A program made the position numbers and the translations under genes. From Polymyxa betae A26-41 (taxonomy: Eukaryota; Protista; Endomyxa: Phytomyxea): DNA of 64,000 bases. The notes under the pieces are model-generated. The model was not told the DNA's origin. It did no database searches and worked only from the letters and a program-made list of their open reading frames with translations. Shown in pieces: positions 1-11,887 of the stretch. Where the stretch lies: positions 1-64,000 of the forward strand of contig RBZT01000348.1 in the NCBI GenBank assembly GCA_003693705.1. The letters are read 5' to 3'. Each line of letters opens with the position of its first letter. Positions within the stretch are counted from its first letter, which is position 1.

Positions 1-189
1 TTTATTCCCTCTCAAATTTTCAGTCTAAAGACATATTGTTTCACATTTTTTGTATAAATCTCGACGTTTCCATCTGTCAAGGTGGTAAAATTTGCTGGAC
101 GATGCCCCGCGGTTGGTGCAGGAGGCTCCGCATTAAAACAATACATCTTTAGGAAGTGATTCGGCCATCCTCTGTACTTGGCTAATAGC

Positions 190-451
190 GCACAGTAACT
201 GTGACGCCATCAATGAAGCGCTGCTGCTCCATCCATTGAATGAACTCGCGCTGCTTTGACCAGTAAGCCTTGCTGGTGTTCTGTGGTCGACCAGCTCTTG
301 CATCCGTTAAGGTTTGCAACTGATCTTGCTCAAGATCAACCTCAGCGTTCATGTCGTCAGAGAGCATTCCAGACATTCCTATCAATCGAATGCAACTGTG
401 CGAAGGCGCAGTTTTGAATCTGTCGAACTTTTTTTTAATGGCGTGGATCAC
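190..451 (-). mobile_element. Truncated N-terminal fragment of a Crypton/NDC10-like tyrosine-recombinase transposon protein
   Basis: ORF 182-451 contains RPQNTSKAYWSKQREFIQW...FIDGVTVT, matching the RPxNTxKAYxxKQxE(W/F)xxW...F.DG..VT N-terminus recalled for fungal/protist Crypton-type proteins. Similarity stops at ~190. Confidence 0.5.
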
Positions 452-714
452 AAAAACACTGGGTCACTGGGTCATGGACCGTATAGTGCGTAGTGTATAT
501 AACCCTTATATATTTTCTCTCTAAGTAGAAATAAAAAGTGCGCTAATAGAAGGAAGTACGCAACTCGCGCAGTATCTAGAAGAATGTCTCCATTGTCAAA
601 AGCCCTGGACTACAAGCTGGAAAGGCCAGATTCACGTTCCGACGGAAGCTGCGTCACGGACTGCGAAATACCGAGACTACCCTGGCCCTGACTAGCTGTC
701 GAAATACAGATTCC

Positions 715-1090
715 ATTTATAGCACTGTTACAAAAGTCTGTCTCTTTAGTAGAAAGTGCTATATGTGATCGTAAAGGTCTATGGACTCTGAAGATTCGCT
801 GGCGCGGTTTCACCTCTGATTTTGATCACTGGGAAAGTCTCTCCCATCTACTCGCTGAATGCACTTACCATGTTACTTCCCTGATTAAGAAGTCCGCTAA
901 CCCGTCCGTCGCCAAGCTTGCCAAGATTATAGACGATCTGGCGTTCAGAAAAAGGGAAATGATGCGTGAAATCGCCTATTATTATTCTTTAAAGATCTTT
1001 TCTTTTTAGGTCACGTGCCCTTCCTGTGACCTAGTGTATCTGACCTCAATACAGTACCATAGTTCTTTGTGTGCTATCATCTTTGCATCT
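715..1090 (+). mobile_element. 3' end of a chromovirus-like (Ty3/gypsy) LTR retrotransposon: integrase chromodomain, polypurine tract and start of 3' LTR
   Basis: The frame from 776 reads GLWTLKIRWRGFTSDFDHWESLSHL (chromodomain W.GF...D.WE...L). It is followed by the purine run AGAAAAAGGGAAA (947-959) and immediately TG (960). Confidence 0.55.
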
Positions 1091-1139
1091 ACTTTCTAGT
1101 TTTAGACCTTGGCGGCTCGGAAGCCGTCTCATTTTCGCT

Positions 1140-2294
1140 CTGGGCGCCACCCGTTCTCAAGGTTGCCTTTCTGATTGAGAGCTGCTTTAAACCCTCGGAA
1201 ACGATTTTCAGCATTCCAAAAGCGTTCTCCACAACGATTTGCGTACGTGAATGCAGATAGTTGTAGTTGCGTTCCTCTGACGTCATCTCGTCGTTGATAT
1301 CATAAGGAGTCAAACAATGTGTGTACAACTGATAACCAGCGTCCGCAAGGATCACTTTGTTAGGAGGCAACAGCTGATGGATTGTTCTCCCAAACTCAGA
1401 GCGGCTGAATACACTTTTATCGTTTTCAGCGCCAGGCCGCATGGCGTAGCTCCGAAAACGACGTTTGTAATCAACAACACCTTGTACGTTAATAGCAGGA
1501 TATCCTTTCCGGCAATACCATCCCTCGTAATCAAGCGGACGCTCAATCTCGATCAAGGTCCCGTCAACTGCCAGACAGGCATCGGGAAAGCCGCAATTGC
1601 TCTCAAATCCGTGTGAAAGTTCTTGCCATTCTTCATGAGATGTTGGAAGGTAAATGAATCGAGGGCCCAATCTGTCAATTACAATGTCCAAAACCTCTTC
1701 GATATACCGCAAAGCAGAGGCTTTGCCCATTCCGAAACGACAGACACAGATCTTGTCAAGTAATGTAGGCAAACAGCAACCCGTTGGCGGACAAAGAACT
1801 TAGCATTGTGGTGAATTGGCCCGTGATAGGAATCCCATTCTATGTTCACCAGATTGACAATCTCATCGAATGACCGCCACGAACAGCGGATTGTGTCGCG
1901 AAGCCAACCGTCAAAATACTCAGGACGCTGATCAGCAGCAGCAAATTGATTTCGCCGAATGGCATGAACTGTGCGTCGAGGGCGGCGCCTGGACCTCCCG
2001 TCGCGATGATCTGGATAACAAGCGGCAATCATTCCAGCCGCTAGGGCGTCAATGAAACGATCAGACCCCCAGTAACAGCAGCAGCAACCGCCGAATCCAT
2101 TAAGAAAATGCAATTTTATTGCGTAATTTTGACCTGAAATAGACGTCTATTTCAAAAAAGGACCCCACGGAGATCATATTCCGTAATAGATATCTGGAAA
2201 TAGACCAACTCGCAATCTGATTGATGGAAGCATCAATTGCGCCACGGGGTCTATTTACTTGAACCAGGGTCTAAGATTATATGTAACCAGGGCT
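1140..2294 (-). mobile_element. PIF/Harbinger (HARBI1-like, DDE_Tnp_4) transposase pseudogene with probable terminal inverted repeat at ~2281-2294
   Basis: Motifs GFPDACLAVDGT, YCRKGYPAINVQGVVD, LADAGY and YNYLHSRTQIVVENAFGMLK are present. The N-terminal part (RQRVAVCLHYLT) is in another frame, with frameshifts near 1750 and 1205. The end reads AGCCCTGGTTACAT on the minus strand, Harbinger-TIR-like. Confidence 0.85.
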
Positions 2295-3077
2295 AGTGCC
2301 GATTCCATTAAACTCGTCGTCAATCGATAGATCTCGGCGAGATAAATATTTTCTCGTCTGGGTTATGTAGTTCACTATTTTGTTTACGCAATTATAACGC
2401 TAGGAAGTTGTTAGAAATCGGTTCAACTTGCACCATGTATGGGCAGGAATCAAAACAGGCATGAAAGCGCGCAAAATGTTTGCGCACTTTTTTCCTTTTA
2501 CAGTGAAAAAAGAATATATGCCGACGCAGTTTTTGATTTCGAAGGTTTATCGTGACCTGTTTCGCTGCAAAGGATTTGCGCGAGGGTTTCTGACTGTTTG
2601 TGATTGTCGACTCATCTTCTTGCGGCTGGACACATCCATTGCCTTTAGGATGATGCGTCCTCGTAAGAGGACTGTCCTTTGCCGGAAACTAGCTGCTGCC
2701 AAACGAAGCCAGGCCTCTAGCGACGTTGAGTCCCAACCCCAGACAGAGTCTGAGAGCGATGATGAGGTTCTTTTCTTGGGTAGGAATGCCCGGATTTGCC
2801 GTCAAGAAATATCGGGGCCACCGCAAAATTCCAATGCGCATTTTAGAATTCGGCAATTTATACAATTAATACAGTGGCGCACTTTGTTTCGCAATTTTGT
2901 GCTTACGCATATTTTTCCGAATCAAATTGCAACAAATTGTAGAGTTAAGCTGTCCGCTACGGTATTTCCGTGATAAAATTCCGTGATATTGTGGCTGTCC
3001 AAACACCTTACACGCGCAAAAATATCACGATTTCGAAGATTATCATGATAATCAGGCGCAATATCACGATAATGCAT

Positions 3078-3095
3078 TGTCCAGACGGGCCCTTA
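3078..3095. mobile_element. Orphan PIF/Tourist-type terminal inverted repeat with TTA target site
   Basis: TGTCCAGACGGGCCC-TTA; the reverse complement TAA-GGGCCCGTCTGGACA resembles PIF TIRs (GGGCCCGTTTG..) with a TWA TSD. No matching partner end was found in the window. Confidence 0.5.
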
Positions 3096-4043
3096 GGCAG
3101 ATACAACGCATTTGGTGCAAAGTAATGTTTATATATCTATTCGTGTCCAAGATATTCACGAGTGGATCCGATTCTCGCAAGTTCATCATCGATATCGCTG
3201 TCAATATCGCTCAATGTAGCCAGTATTTCCTCAAAGTCAATGTCCTGCGTGCTGGCCAGACAAACCTGAAGAAACCAGTTGCTGACAGCTGACATAATTA
3301 TGGATATACTCGCTCGATAACGCTACGAGTGATTGCCACCCTTTGGCTCTCTGATTTTGGCTCGCACCAGCGATGGGGAACCCCGTTGATAGCTGCTCAA
3401 ACGCACTTTTATGATGTTTGGCTTTTAGCTTGGCTCCAGCCCATTGGAGATTGTCTAGACTCAACTCTTCGATTCACAGCAAAGTTCCCATGTCTATTTT
3501 TTAAATTCTGTGTTCTGGATCACACTCAAATACAGATTTTGCGCACTGGCGCAGAAAGTTTTTGCGTTCAGACTCTCAAATTAGAACATGTGTCGAGACT
3601 CGAGTCAAGAATCAAGATGCTTTGTTTGTTGCCAAACGCACTCTTTCTGACTTTTATCACATCCCAGTGGGAAGGACGGTTAAACGCAAGGTAATTTTGC
3701 AGTTTTACGACTCATGTATAGACATTATGTACTCAGCATATATTAATATTAGTGATTGTATAGTGACTTACGATGTCTGATTCCCGTGTGTAGTTATTAA
3801 GGCTGTGTAGATATTGTATGGTTTACAGTAATGTATTTAATACTGTAGGCGAAATGTCTCTCGAATTCGTCGTGGCAGCTTGCGGAAATAGCTACCGACG
3901 GCAGAAAACCGTCGTATATTAACTGAGAGTAGTTATGTACGTCTCTGTAATTTTATAAAAAAAGATGCTTTCTACAGATCTTTTCGGAAACAAGGATCTT
4001 AGTGCTGCTTGGTTTTACAGTAAATTTACTTATGTCATCGCCA

Positions 4044-4484
4044 TTACGAAGTACTAAGTTCTTGAGCAATAAATTTGGCAAAACAGGCAGCTAAAAACAA
4101 CGGTAAAACTACGGAAATCACCCATAATAGCACGATCTGGATTAAAATGATTCCGAAGATAATGAGCAGGGGCAAGAGCATAATAGTTAAGAATGAGAAT
4201 GATATGAGTGAGATAATAGTATGCCGGCGTAATAAAGCCAGATATTCCACATTTGTGTAAGAGATATCTGCTTGTGATGATCTTGAATATGTATTAGGAG
4301 TTGTTGGTGATAGGGGAATCTTTCGAATTTGTTCCGAAAGAGTTTGAGATCTCTGCCGAGCTCGTTGAACGATAAAGTCATCAGTATTATGGCGATTTAG
4401 TGGTGATGATATTGAATACGATACGTTGGAGTTAGGAGATTGTATATTTGGTGATGGGAGAGCTGTATCAGATGTGAGACTCAT
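4044..4484 (-). CDS. Hypothetical protein with S/P-rich N-terminus and long C-terminal hydrophobic hairpin
   Basis: Open frame from ATG 4484; ~50-aa uninterrupted hydrophobic stretch at the C-terminus. Confidence 0.55.
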   Translation of the reverse strand: MSLTSDTALPSPNIQSPNSNVSYSISSPLNRHNTDDFIVQRARQRSQTLSEQIRKIPLSPTTPNTYSRSSQADISYTNVEYLALLRRHTIISLISFSFLTIMLLPLLIIFGIILIQIVLLWVISVVLPLFLAACFAKFIAQELSTS

Positions 4485-4633
4485 TGTACAGGTATATAAA
4501 TGTTGCAATAAATGGTAAAGAGGTATCACTATCACATAACTCCCAGCAGAGGGCCAGTCTTACCTTCGGGCTCTTTCCTTTCTTTACATCTTATTTAAGT
4601 TTACACACTGCAATATTGATCTGTAATGTTTTA

Positions 4634-6956
4634 TTATTGATCATAGGCTTCAAGCTCAACAGTTCGTAGGAAGAACAGATGTCTGACAGTTAGGTGTGTG
4701 TGGTTGCTAAGAAGGCTCTGCTGATTGAAATGGACTAGATAACGATGGTCATCATTATAAGTGCATTGAGAACTGGAGCCTGTAGCAGAAAACAGCTGAA
4801 TATGATTATCTAGACCGCTAGTGGCTATGCAGGATACTCCAAGATTTGGATGTGAACGAACAGTGTTTAAACCTAATGCCATCAAATACAAATCGTCAAT
4901 AACCTAAATAGCACAATATCTATATATTACCTAACGTCTCTGGAGCTCCATCACTTAACGTATTCAATATAACTCCACTTGCAGCATCATATATATATAC
5001 TAATTATACTGAGTTTTACATTCAAAATTCTTCGAGTACTTACCGATTCCATCATCACTTGCACATCCAACAATATCCTAAAAAAATATCCAAATGAATA
5101 AACACATGATGGCAGAATGCATGATAAACCCTAACATTGGCTAGGAAAGTAGCCTCTTTAATGCCAGTTTCAATATTGGCATGACCAACGAGTCTTGTAG
5201 CGTAATCAGCCTGTCCATTGAGTGTATTAGATCTTGATCCCTCTCGTACATCTGCAGCTCTATCAATCTGTCCTAACTCGTCCAGACATTCATTCAACTG
5301 ATTCATAATAGAAACATCTTTGCGCCCACTAAGAGATGCATTTGAACAATGTTATTGATAGCTGCAACACTGAACCAACTTTGCCAAAGCAGCAGCAGAT
5401 TCTGCATCTCGCAATGCTGCGAATGTATCACCAAGCCAGCGTCGGTTTAGTAGAGCTCGTGCTCGTTGTACAAGTAAGGAACTTTTCATTTCCGATGATA
5501 TGTTTAGTAGCGATAAAGCTATGGAATAATAACGAATAGCATTATCCCAATGTCGTAGTTGCATCCTTAAGAGTTTCAAAAAACGCAATCATGAATATAC
5601 TTGGGATAGCCTTACTGTTCATTAGCCAATAATCTATATTGATCTGGATCTTGACCATATTGATTTCTTGGACTTACCATGGGAATTCCAGAGAACTCGT
5701 CTGAAATACTGATGAATATCCATCCAATTGGACAGCAACTTAGTAACAGCAAACCTTCAGCATTTCCAACATTGAAAACATATGCATGATCGCCATTATA
5801 GTTTACAGCGATGCGACGTCCGTCGGGACTAAAACTATATGCAATGTCAGTATTTGAGCCTGTGTTCGAAAATTATGTTAACTTAGTATGAGTTACGAAA
5901 GGTTCATGAGACGAATTTGCTAGCCATGCCGGTGAAAATACTTGAATCGGTTTGCTTCTAGATAAACTGCTGTTTAAGTGAACCGTAAGCATTCTTCGAT
6001 CAAAGAGACGTCCGGCAGTACCACATCCGGTTAGCTGATAACCACATCAGTAACAAGCTGGATATTGATGAGTTGCGATAGGTAATTACGATGATATTAG
6101 AATCTGTAGGAGAGGCGCAAATGGAGGAAAACCTCCAAGCATCTCCAGCGGAACGTCGCCCATCAATCAGGATAGTATCTGAAGTACATTGTTCACCTTC
6201 ACGACAACGACATAAAATTGGACAACGAAGATCCCATTGACGAACTGTACAATCCTATATTTGTATGAGACAAAAAGCTAGTTCTAATTTAAGCATAGCT
6301 GACATCGGATGCAGACCAGAAAACATGGGATGGTCTGTCAAGAGATTGTTCAATCTCCATGACGCTATCACGATGACATCTGAAAACAGTGGATCCAGAA
6401 GCATTTTCAGCAACTGTGACACAAACAGCTCCCTCTCTAGAACCAGTTGCTGTAAACATGGTTCAATTTCTGCCTATTGCAATATAACAGTCTTTACCAA
6501 AACGAAGTTGCTGTGGATTACAATCCAAGAATCTGATACCAAACACATTTCCTTGATGTGACTGAACATCTTTGTCGGAAACACAAAACCTCAATATAAG
6601 CATAAGCTTACTGTCTGAAAAGTACGATATCTTTTCAGAGTATGATCAGTACCAAGAGCCCAAACACGAATAGTTCTGTCATCAGATACAGAACCAAGAT
6701 ATGAGCCTCCATTTGGGCTCCAACAAAGTCTATTGACGCATCCTAACAACTAATTTAGAGCGAAACGCCAGTTAATTATTGTAATCAGACTACCAGAATG
6801 ATGGTTATTGATACGATCTTCTTGAGAGACCAGAACGGGACGTAATCGATATAATAAAGCCTTATGAGATCGTATCTGTCGTGTGGAAGGAGCCGGATGT
6901 AGTCGACCGGTTTGATGCTGATCAAGAGTGTGTAGTAGGTCAGTATGATGTCTCAT
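4634..6956 (-). CDS. WDTC1: WD40 and TPR repeat protein (WDTC1/Adp-like DCAF), multi-exon
   Basis: Spliced exons give HSGCVNRLCWSPNG..LGSVSDD, FWSASDDCTVRQWD, the TPR segment AIRYYS..RARALLNRRWLGDTFAALRD, GHANIETGIKEATF and NTVRSHP..IATSGLDN. Introns are GT-AG. Confidence 0.85.
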
Positions 6957-7491
6957 AATGAATATAATTGTTAGATCTAAGTAATATCTCTATATCTGAC
7001 AGGTGTAAAGTCACTAGCAATCTGTTCCTGGGTCCGCATTGATTCTCTCATCCTGCGAATAATCCGTAACCAGTGACCATATTCTTCAATCTTCATTATA
7101 CTAGAGATGCAGATCAACTTCAATGAACCTTCGAGACATATCATATCCATCCAATCAATCGGCCATTTCATTGTTGTTGAGTCTTGCACATCCATTCCCT
7201 TTTCATATCAAGACATTGCTTAATACTATCTGATGCGTAACTCTTATACGTAACGTTGTCAATGTTATTGTAATAGTAACAAGTTGATTGATATCAGCTT
7301 CATATTCATCAACATTAAATCTACGGTGTCAAACCTACTCCATCTAAAAGGTGTTTCCCTCGCATTCATCGTACTGCTCCTACCTTATTTAATTTATCGC
7401 ATCAGCTAGCATTTACTAAAAGAGTGAAGGAGTTCATTGATTCTCAGTGGAGATACGAAAATTCTCTGCCAGGTTTAACTGAGATCATTAT

Positions 7492-8552
7492 TCAGGTAGT
7501 GGTATTGTGATTCTGAAATTGACGCATGATAGCTTCCAGCATAGCATATATACCAACGCCGTTATCAGATGATATGCCAAACTGTTGCAGAAGGGATTGG
7601 CCTTGGCCACTATTTATCGCCATCGTCAATCGATTTAATGTTTGATGAAGCTGTGGGCTCCGAACCTGAGCCAAGAGCTGATTTCGAGAACGTTGACCCT
7701 ACAGACACCTCAGTTTTTATACATCGTTAGATAATAACAGCACACATGCCTCAGGAAGATATTGTAGAACTGATTCGGTGATCTCTGGATGAGCTTGAAG
7801 GATGGGAATGAGATGTTCTGGATCCAAAATAGCAGAAAGATCCTGTACAGGGACGATTTGATTGGAAGCTTGGCTTCTGTTCCTTTGTTGAGATGCACCA
7901 CCAGTTAGGAGAGCCAGCAGTTCATTTTGATTCAAATTTGTTCTTGAACTAACAGCAGCTGAGCTCTGAACACTATCTCCTAAAATAATAATTCTGTATT
8001 AATTTTCACTTCGTTCATTCTAGGCGAAGCGGCGATTGATACCAGAGAATGGGGTACGTCCACTGAAATATCCTTGAATCTTTTCTACAATTTGAGCGTC
8101 GTTGGCTTTCTGGGGCTCTTGCAGCCAGTAGAAATGTCTTCGCGATGTATCATCAGGAAAATCAATTAGTAGAATACGACCTGAGTAAACATATTAGATT
8201 TGAGTAACAAGAAAGAAACTGATGATACCGTCTGTGCATTCAGGAATCAATTCTACAGTAGCTTCATTGGGCATTACAATATAATCTTGCTGAACATCAT
8301 TCGATGGTCGAAGTTTCCACTGAACATGAAGTAGGCCATCTCGCTCTATAAGTGGTATGAATTACGCATAAGATACCAGCAACTTTGAATAAAGAGAATA
8401 CCGATGAGAACAAGCTTGCCTTTCCTAGAATCAGAAGTGATAGTGGTTCCCTGCTGAGTGCATATGCCAGCCCGAACTGAGACTAGCCCTTCATCAGCTT
8501 GTGGATTCTGAATAGTTCCAGCTAAGAGAGACTGAAGCTGTTCAAGCTCCAT
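7492..8552 (-). CDS. RPN13: Proteasomal ubiquitin receptor Rpn13/ADRM1
   Basis: Pru domain LVSVRAG..TITSDSRKGKL..DGLLHVQW..RHFYWLQE; C-terminal UCH37-binding VRSPQLHQTL..LLQQFGI. Confidence 0.88.
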
Positions 8553-9394
8553 ATGACAAGCAATAGAGGCTCGACAAAGAAATCGTCAAATGAATATACG
8601 TGAATAGTTGAACAAAGAGCATATAGAGGAACGAGCTCCTACAGCAGACAGTCTGAAACGATTTAACTTGAAAAAAATATGCGTAAAACTGCTCTCAATT
8701 GGATAGGTACATAATCACTTATTATAAAACTACATTCAATATCTCATAGCATTACAATCATTCACCTTTACCATCTGGCACGGCTGTAATCGAATCTTAG
8801 AAGCACTTGAACGAGCAACTATTTTCGCAAAGGCAAATAAAGGTTGAACGTTAAAGTAAAGTGCAGAGAGCTATCAGCAGAGTACAGGTCGAGTCTCAGG
8901 AACTTCATCTGCTGAAGCTCTCATTGTAAGCAGCCAAACTGTTTGGCTCAACGTTTTATCACATGCAGACCAATGTATTCAACATGAACGTACGATTAAT
9001 TCGCGAAATTAATAAGCCTGCCTGACGATGCTTTTCCAGCATAGAGCTGGTTTGCTGTATTGGAGCCGTCAGTCGGGCAGTACAGGCTTTATATATCTAT
9101 AAATCCATTGACCCACATATCGCCAAAATGATGACGGAATATTCTCTTCTGTCAATCTGCTCTAACATTAACGCAAGGATTTGGTTTTGTTTGTCGAGAT
9201 TTGATATCTGTGTTGACTGCGACCTTGTGAGCCGAAGCCTTGCGCGAAATTTGACCTCAGGACTGTTGCTGACCCCAGTTGGGAATTTGCCGTGGGAAGT
9301 CCGTGGCCGACTCCGTCACACTCTTTGACAAGTCGTTCCCGTGATCCGGTCGCCTTCAAACCCAGCTGCCGCAGCCGCAGCGTCACCATTACCC

Positions 9395-9877
9395 ATGATA
9401 TCTGGTCGAGATATTCGAGCTCGTCAGGCCCTTCAACATCAGCCTGATCCTACATCTGGTAACCGCCTGACCAGGATCCATAAGACTTCGCCAAAGCGAT
9501 CGGATTCCATCAGAAGGAGTGCTTTAAGCAATGCCAAACGACTTTCAATATCAGTTCCATCTTATCATCATATTCCATCACCTCCTATTAACAAACCATT
9601 ACGTGGAGGATGTTCTCCACCACAACTTACTATTCCAGAATCCTCATCAGATCTAGCCACTATATGTCTATCACGTTCATTAACTAGCATAACAGCAATG
9701 TCTCTACCAGATGCTCTCTCTATGTTAGACATTAATCAACCATTATCAACAGGGACTCCTGAATTATCATCGACCATCTTCTCACAACTACGAATGGGAC
9801 GGGATTCGTATCCGTCCACACCCGCCTGCGATCAAACATTCGTTTTCGACTTCGAACCTGAAACGGGCACAATATAG
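9395..9877 (+). CDS. Hypothetical S/P-rich protein
   Basis: Open frame of ~160 aa with disordered composition, ending FVFDFEPETGTI. No domain recognised; the start is uncertain. Confidence 0.5.
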   Translation: MISGRDIRARQALQHQPDPTSGNRLTRIHKTSPKRSDSIRRSALSNAKRLSISVPSYHHIPSPPINKPLRGGCSPPQLTIPESSSDLATICLSRSLTSITAMSLPDALSMLDINQPLSTGTPELSSTIFSQLRMGRDSYPSTPACDQTFVFDFEPETGTI

Positions 9878-10269
9878 CAAGGATTTTCCATCGACGGAAT
9901 TCAAGATATGAAATGCTAAACATTCCGATTTTGTACATTTCAGTAAATTTAGGACACGCCATTGTAACACCACATGCCTTGGATTCAAAGTATTGTGGTC
10001 TTACAATCAGGCATCCTATCTAACTGTTTAATCATTTTGCCACGAAGATCCTCATGCGGCGCAAATATCATAATACAATAAATATACAATTAATATTCAT
10101 CTAACCGGGATGTTGTGTGTGTGTTTATAGTATTTATATGGTTTCTGCACAGCTGGGTCTTGGAAGAGATCGAGTTTTATGTAGCAGAAATTGTCGGCAA
10201 TTGCGGTGTTTGTGAAAACTGGCGTGAAATAGTATCCATTAAAGTCCGGGCTGCGCCCTCGCTGATTCC

Positions 10270-11520
10270 TATCTCACAGTCTGTACTGGATTCGCAACTA
10301 AAATCCTTTTTTTTTCAAAATTGATTTTTTTCGATCTTTCAAAGTTATGGATGTTGAGCATAGTCGCTCTGTTTCCTATTGCAGTGAAGCCGGTTGCTCC
10401 AAGTTCTTCAACACAACACAATCGCTGAATCGTCATTTGAAAAGTCATAGCCAACCTTGCCAATTGCAATGCCAGTTTTCTGATCAAGTTTGAATTTTTT
10501 TTCAATCTCTGATTTATTTTGAAAAGAGTTTTATCGGAACATCCGGATTATTTATTCTCAAATTTCCATCAATTGCGACTTCCATTGTTGTTTCTTTCCA
10601 AGAGAGTCGATTTGCTTATGCATCTCAACGTTTCACATGAAACAAATATTTAAGAGGATCCTTTACATTCTCTTAGCGGGCAGGATTTGTTAAATCTCTA
10701 TCTCTGATGGTTGATCCTAACTTTGTCAACAGAAAGGTGAAATCAACAAAGGTAGCTCGGAAGCGGTGTTTGTTGTAGAAAATAAAAAGCGCCATCATTT
10801 CTTCAGGAGATCCGGGAATCTGGAATAAAGCGATGGTAAGCAATTTCATTTCGATGTTATTGCAGGGCCAGGACAGCTTAGGATATCTCTTTTTTGCAAC
10901 AATATGCTATTATCGGAAGGAGATGTAGGCTGTGCGATTCAAGGGTCCCCAATTCCCTGATATTAATACCCATGCCCGAGATTTTCCAAGCAATGTTGCT
11001 TTAGCAAGGAAGCGTAATCAACGGGTTGCTATGTCGGTTGACAAGGTTCTTGATAGGAGACGTCTTTTTCTGATGACCAAGTGTAAGCTGATCCGTCGAT
11101 AACAAAGTTCTTTACATCACCATTGAGGAGAAGGATCCGGGCATGATCTGGTGGGAATAGGTCATGCTCTTGGCAAGGAGATCAAAGAAACTTCCAGATC
11201 AAAGACGGTACGATCGAAGTGATCGACAAAGATTCTGTCTGGCCTATAACATCTGCCTGGGATTCAGAAAGAAGTTATTTGTGGTAGGAATTAATGCTGA
11301 ATGTCCTAGATGTTCGGATCCTGTCAGGCTTGAATTCGATATTTTCACAGAGCACGAATGCCGCGAGTATTGCTTTTAGAATTGTTAATTCATGGCGTCA
11401 TATTTATTCTTACTCGACTACCTGAGCGGCCAGAGCTGCAAGCGTGTATTGAAAACTTTCGGCTTATCGGGGATTCTTGAATCCTGCATTGGCGAATCTG
11501 AACACAAAATGAGGAAGCCA
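10270..11520. pseudogene. Degraded, stop-ridden region, possibly an old DNA-transposon remnant
   Basis: A ~2 kb gap in an otherwise gene-packed window with only broken ORFs. RLEFDIFTEHECREY (~11325-11370) resembles Harbinger transposase N-termini. Confidence 0.3.
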
Positions 11521-11887
11521 GCCCTGCGGCGATCGTGGAATATCAGAAATTAGAAAAAGAAACCATAGTTGCGTAGACACACTCCTGATAGATCTGTGCG
11601 AGAGGAATTGTTACAGTTGCTTTCATAAAAAAAATCCAGAAATAACAGTGGAGATGAGAAAATGACTGTCGTACCGGTAATGAGAAAAAAGCAGCGCGGA
11701 TAAACCAAATACTCCGTAGTATTTATTTTTACGTAGTGCAGTAGTCTATAGCTTATCTGGAAGGCACTTTATTCCGACTCGGTCGTGGTGTGGTTGCTTG
11801 TTCTCCTCTCATAGTCGTTATATTGTATAGACCGCTGTGTCTGCGGTCTTGGCAATATTGTCTTCTCTTGAACCAAAATTCTCCATC

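Noticed and set aside
601-614. AGCCCTGGACTAC as the partner TIR of the Harbinger end at ~2294
   Set aside because: Only ~8 bp match, no matching TSD, and retroelement sequence intervenes.
3100-3700. Broken minus-strand ORFs as a specific transposase C-terminus
   Set aside because: Too degraded; no catalytic motif could be read with confidence, so it is left as part of the TE-rich block.
3870-3930. Hairpin CGACGG-CAGAAAA-CCGTCG followed by CTGA as a Helitron 3' end
   Set aside because: The terminus is not CTAG followed by T, and no 5' TC end or Rep/helicase remnant is identifiable.
8060-8080. ATATCCTT as a U12-type intron donor
   Set aside because: It is on the strand opposite the Rpn13 gene and within its exon; all introns I resolved are GT-AG U2-like.
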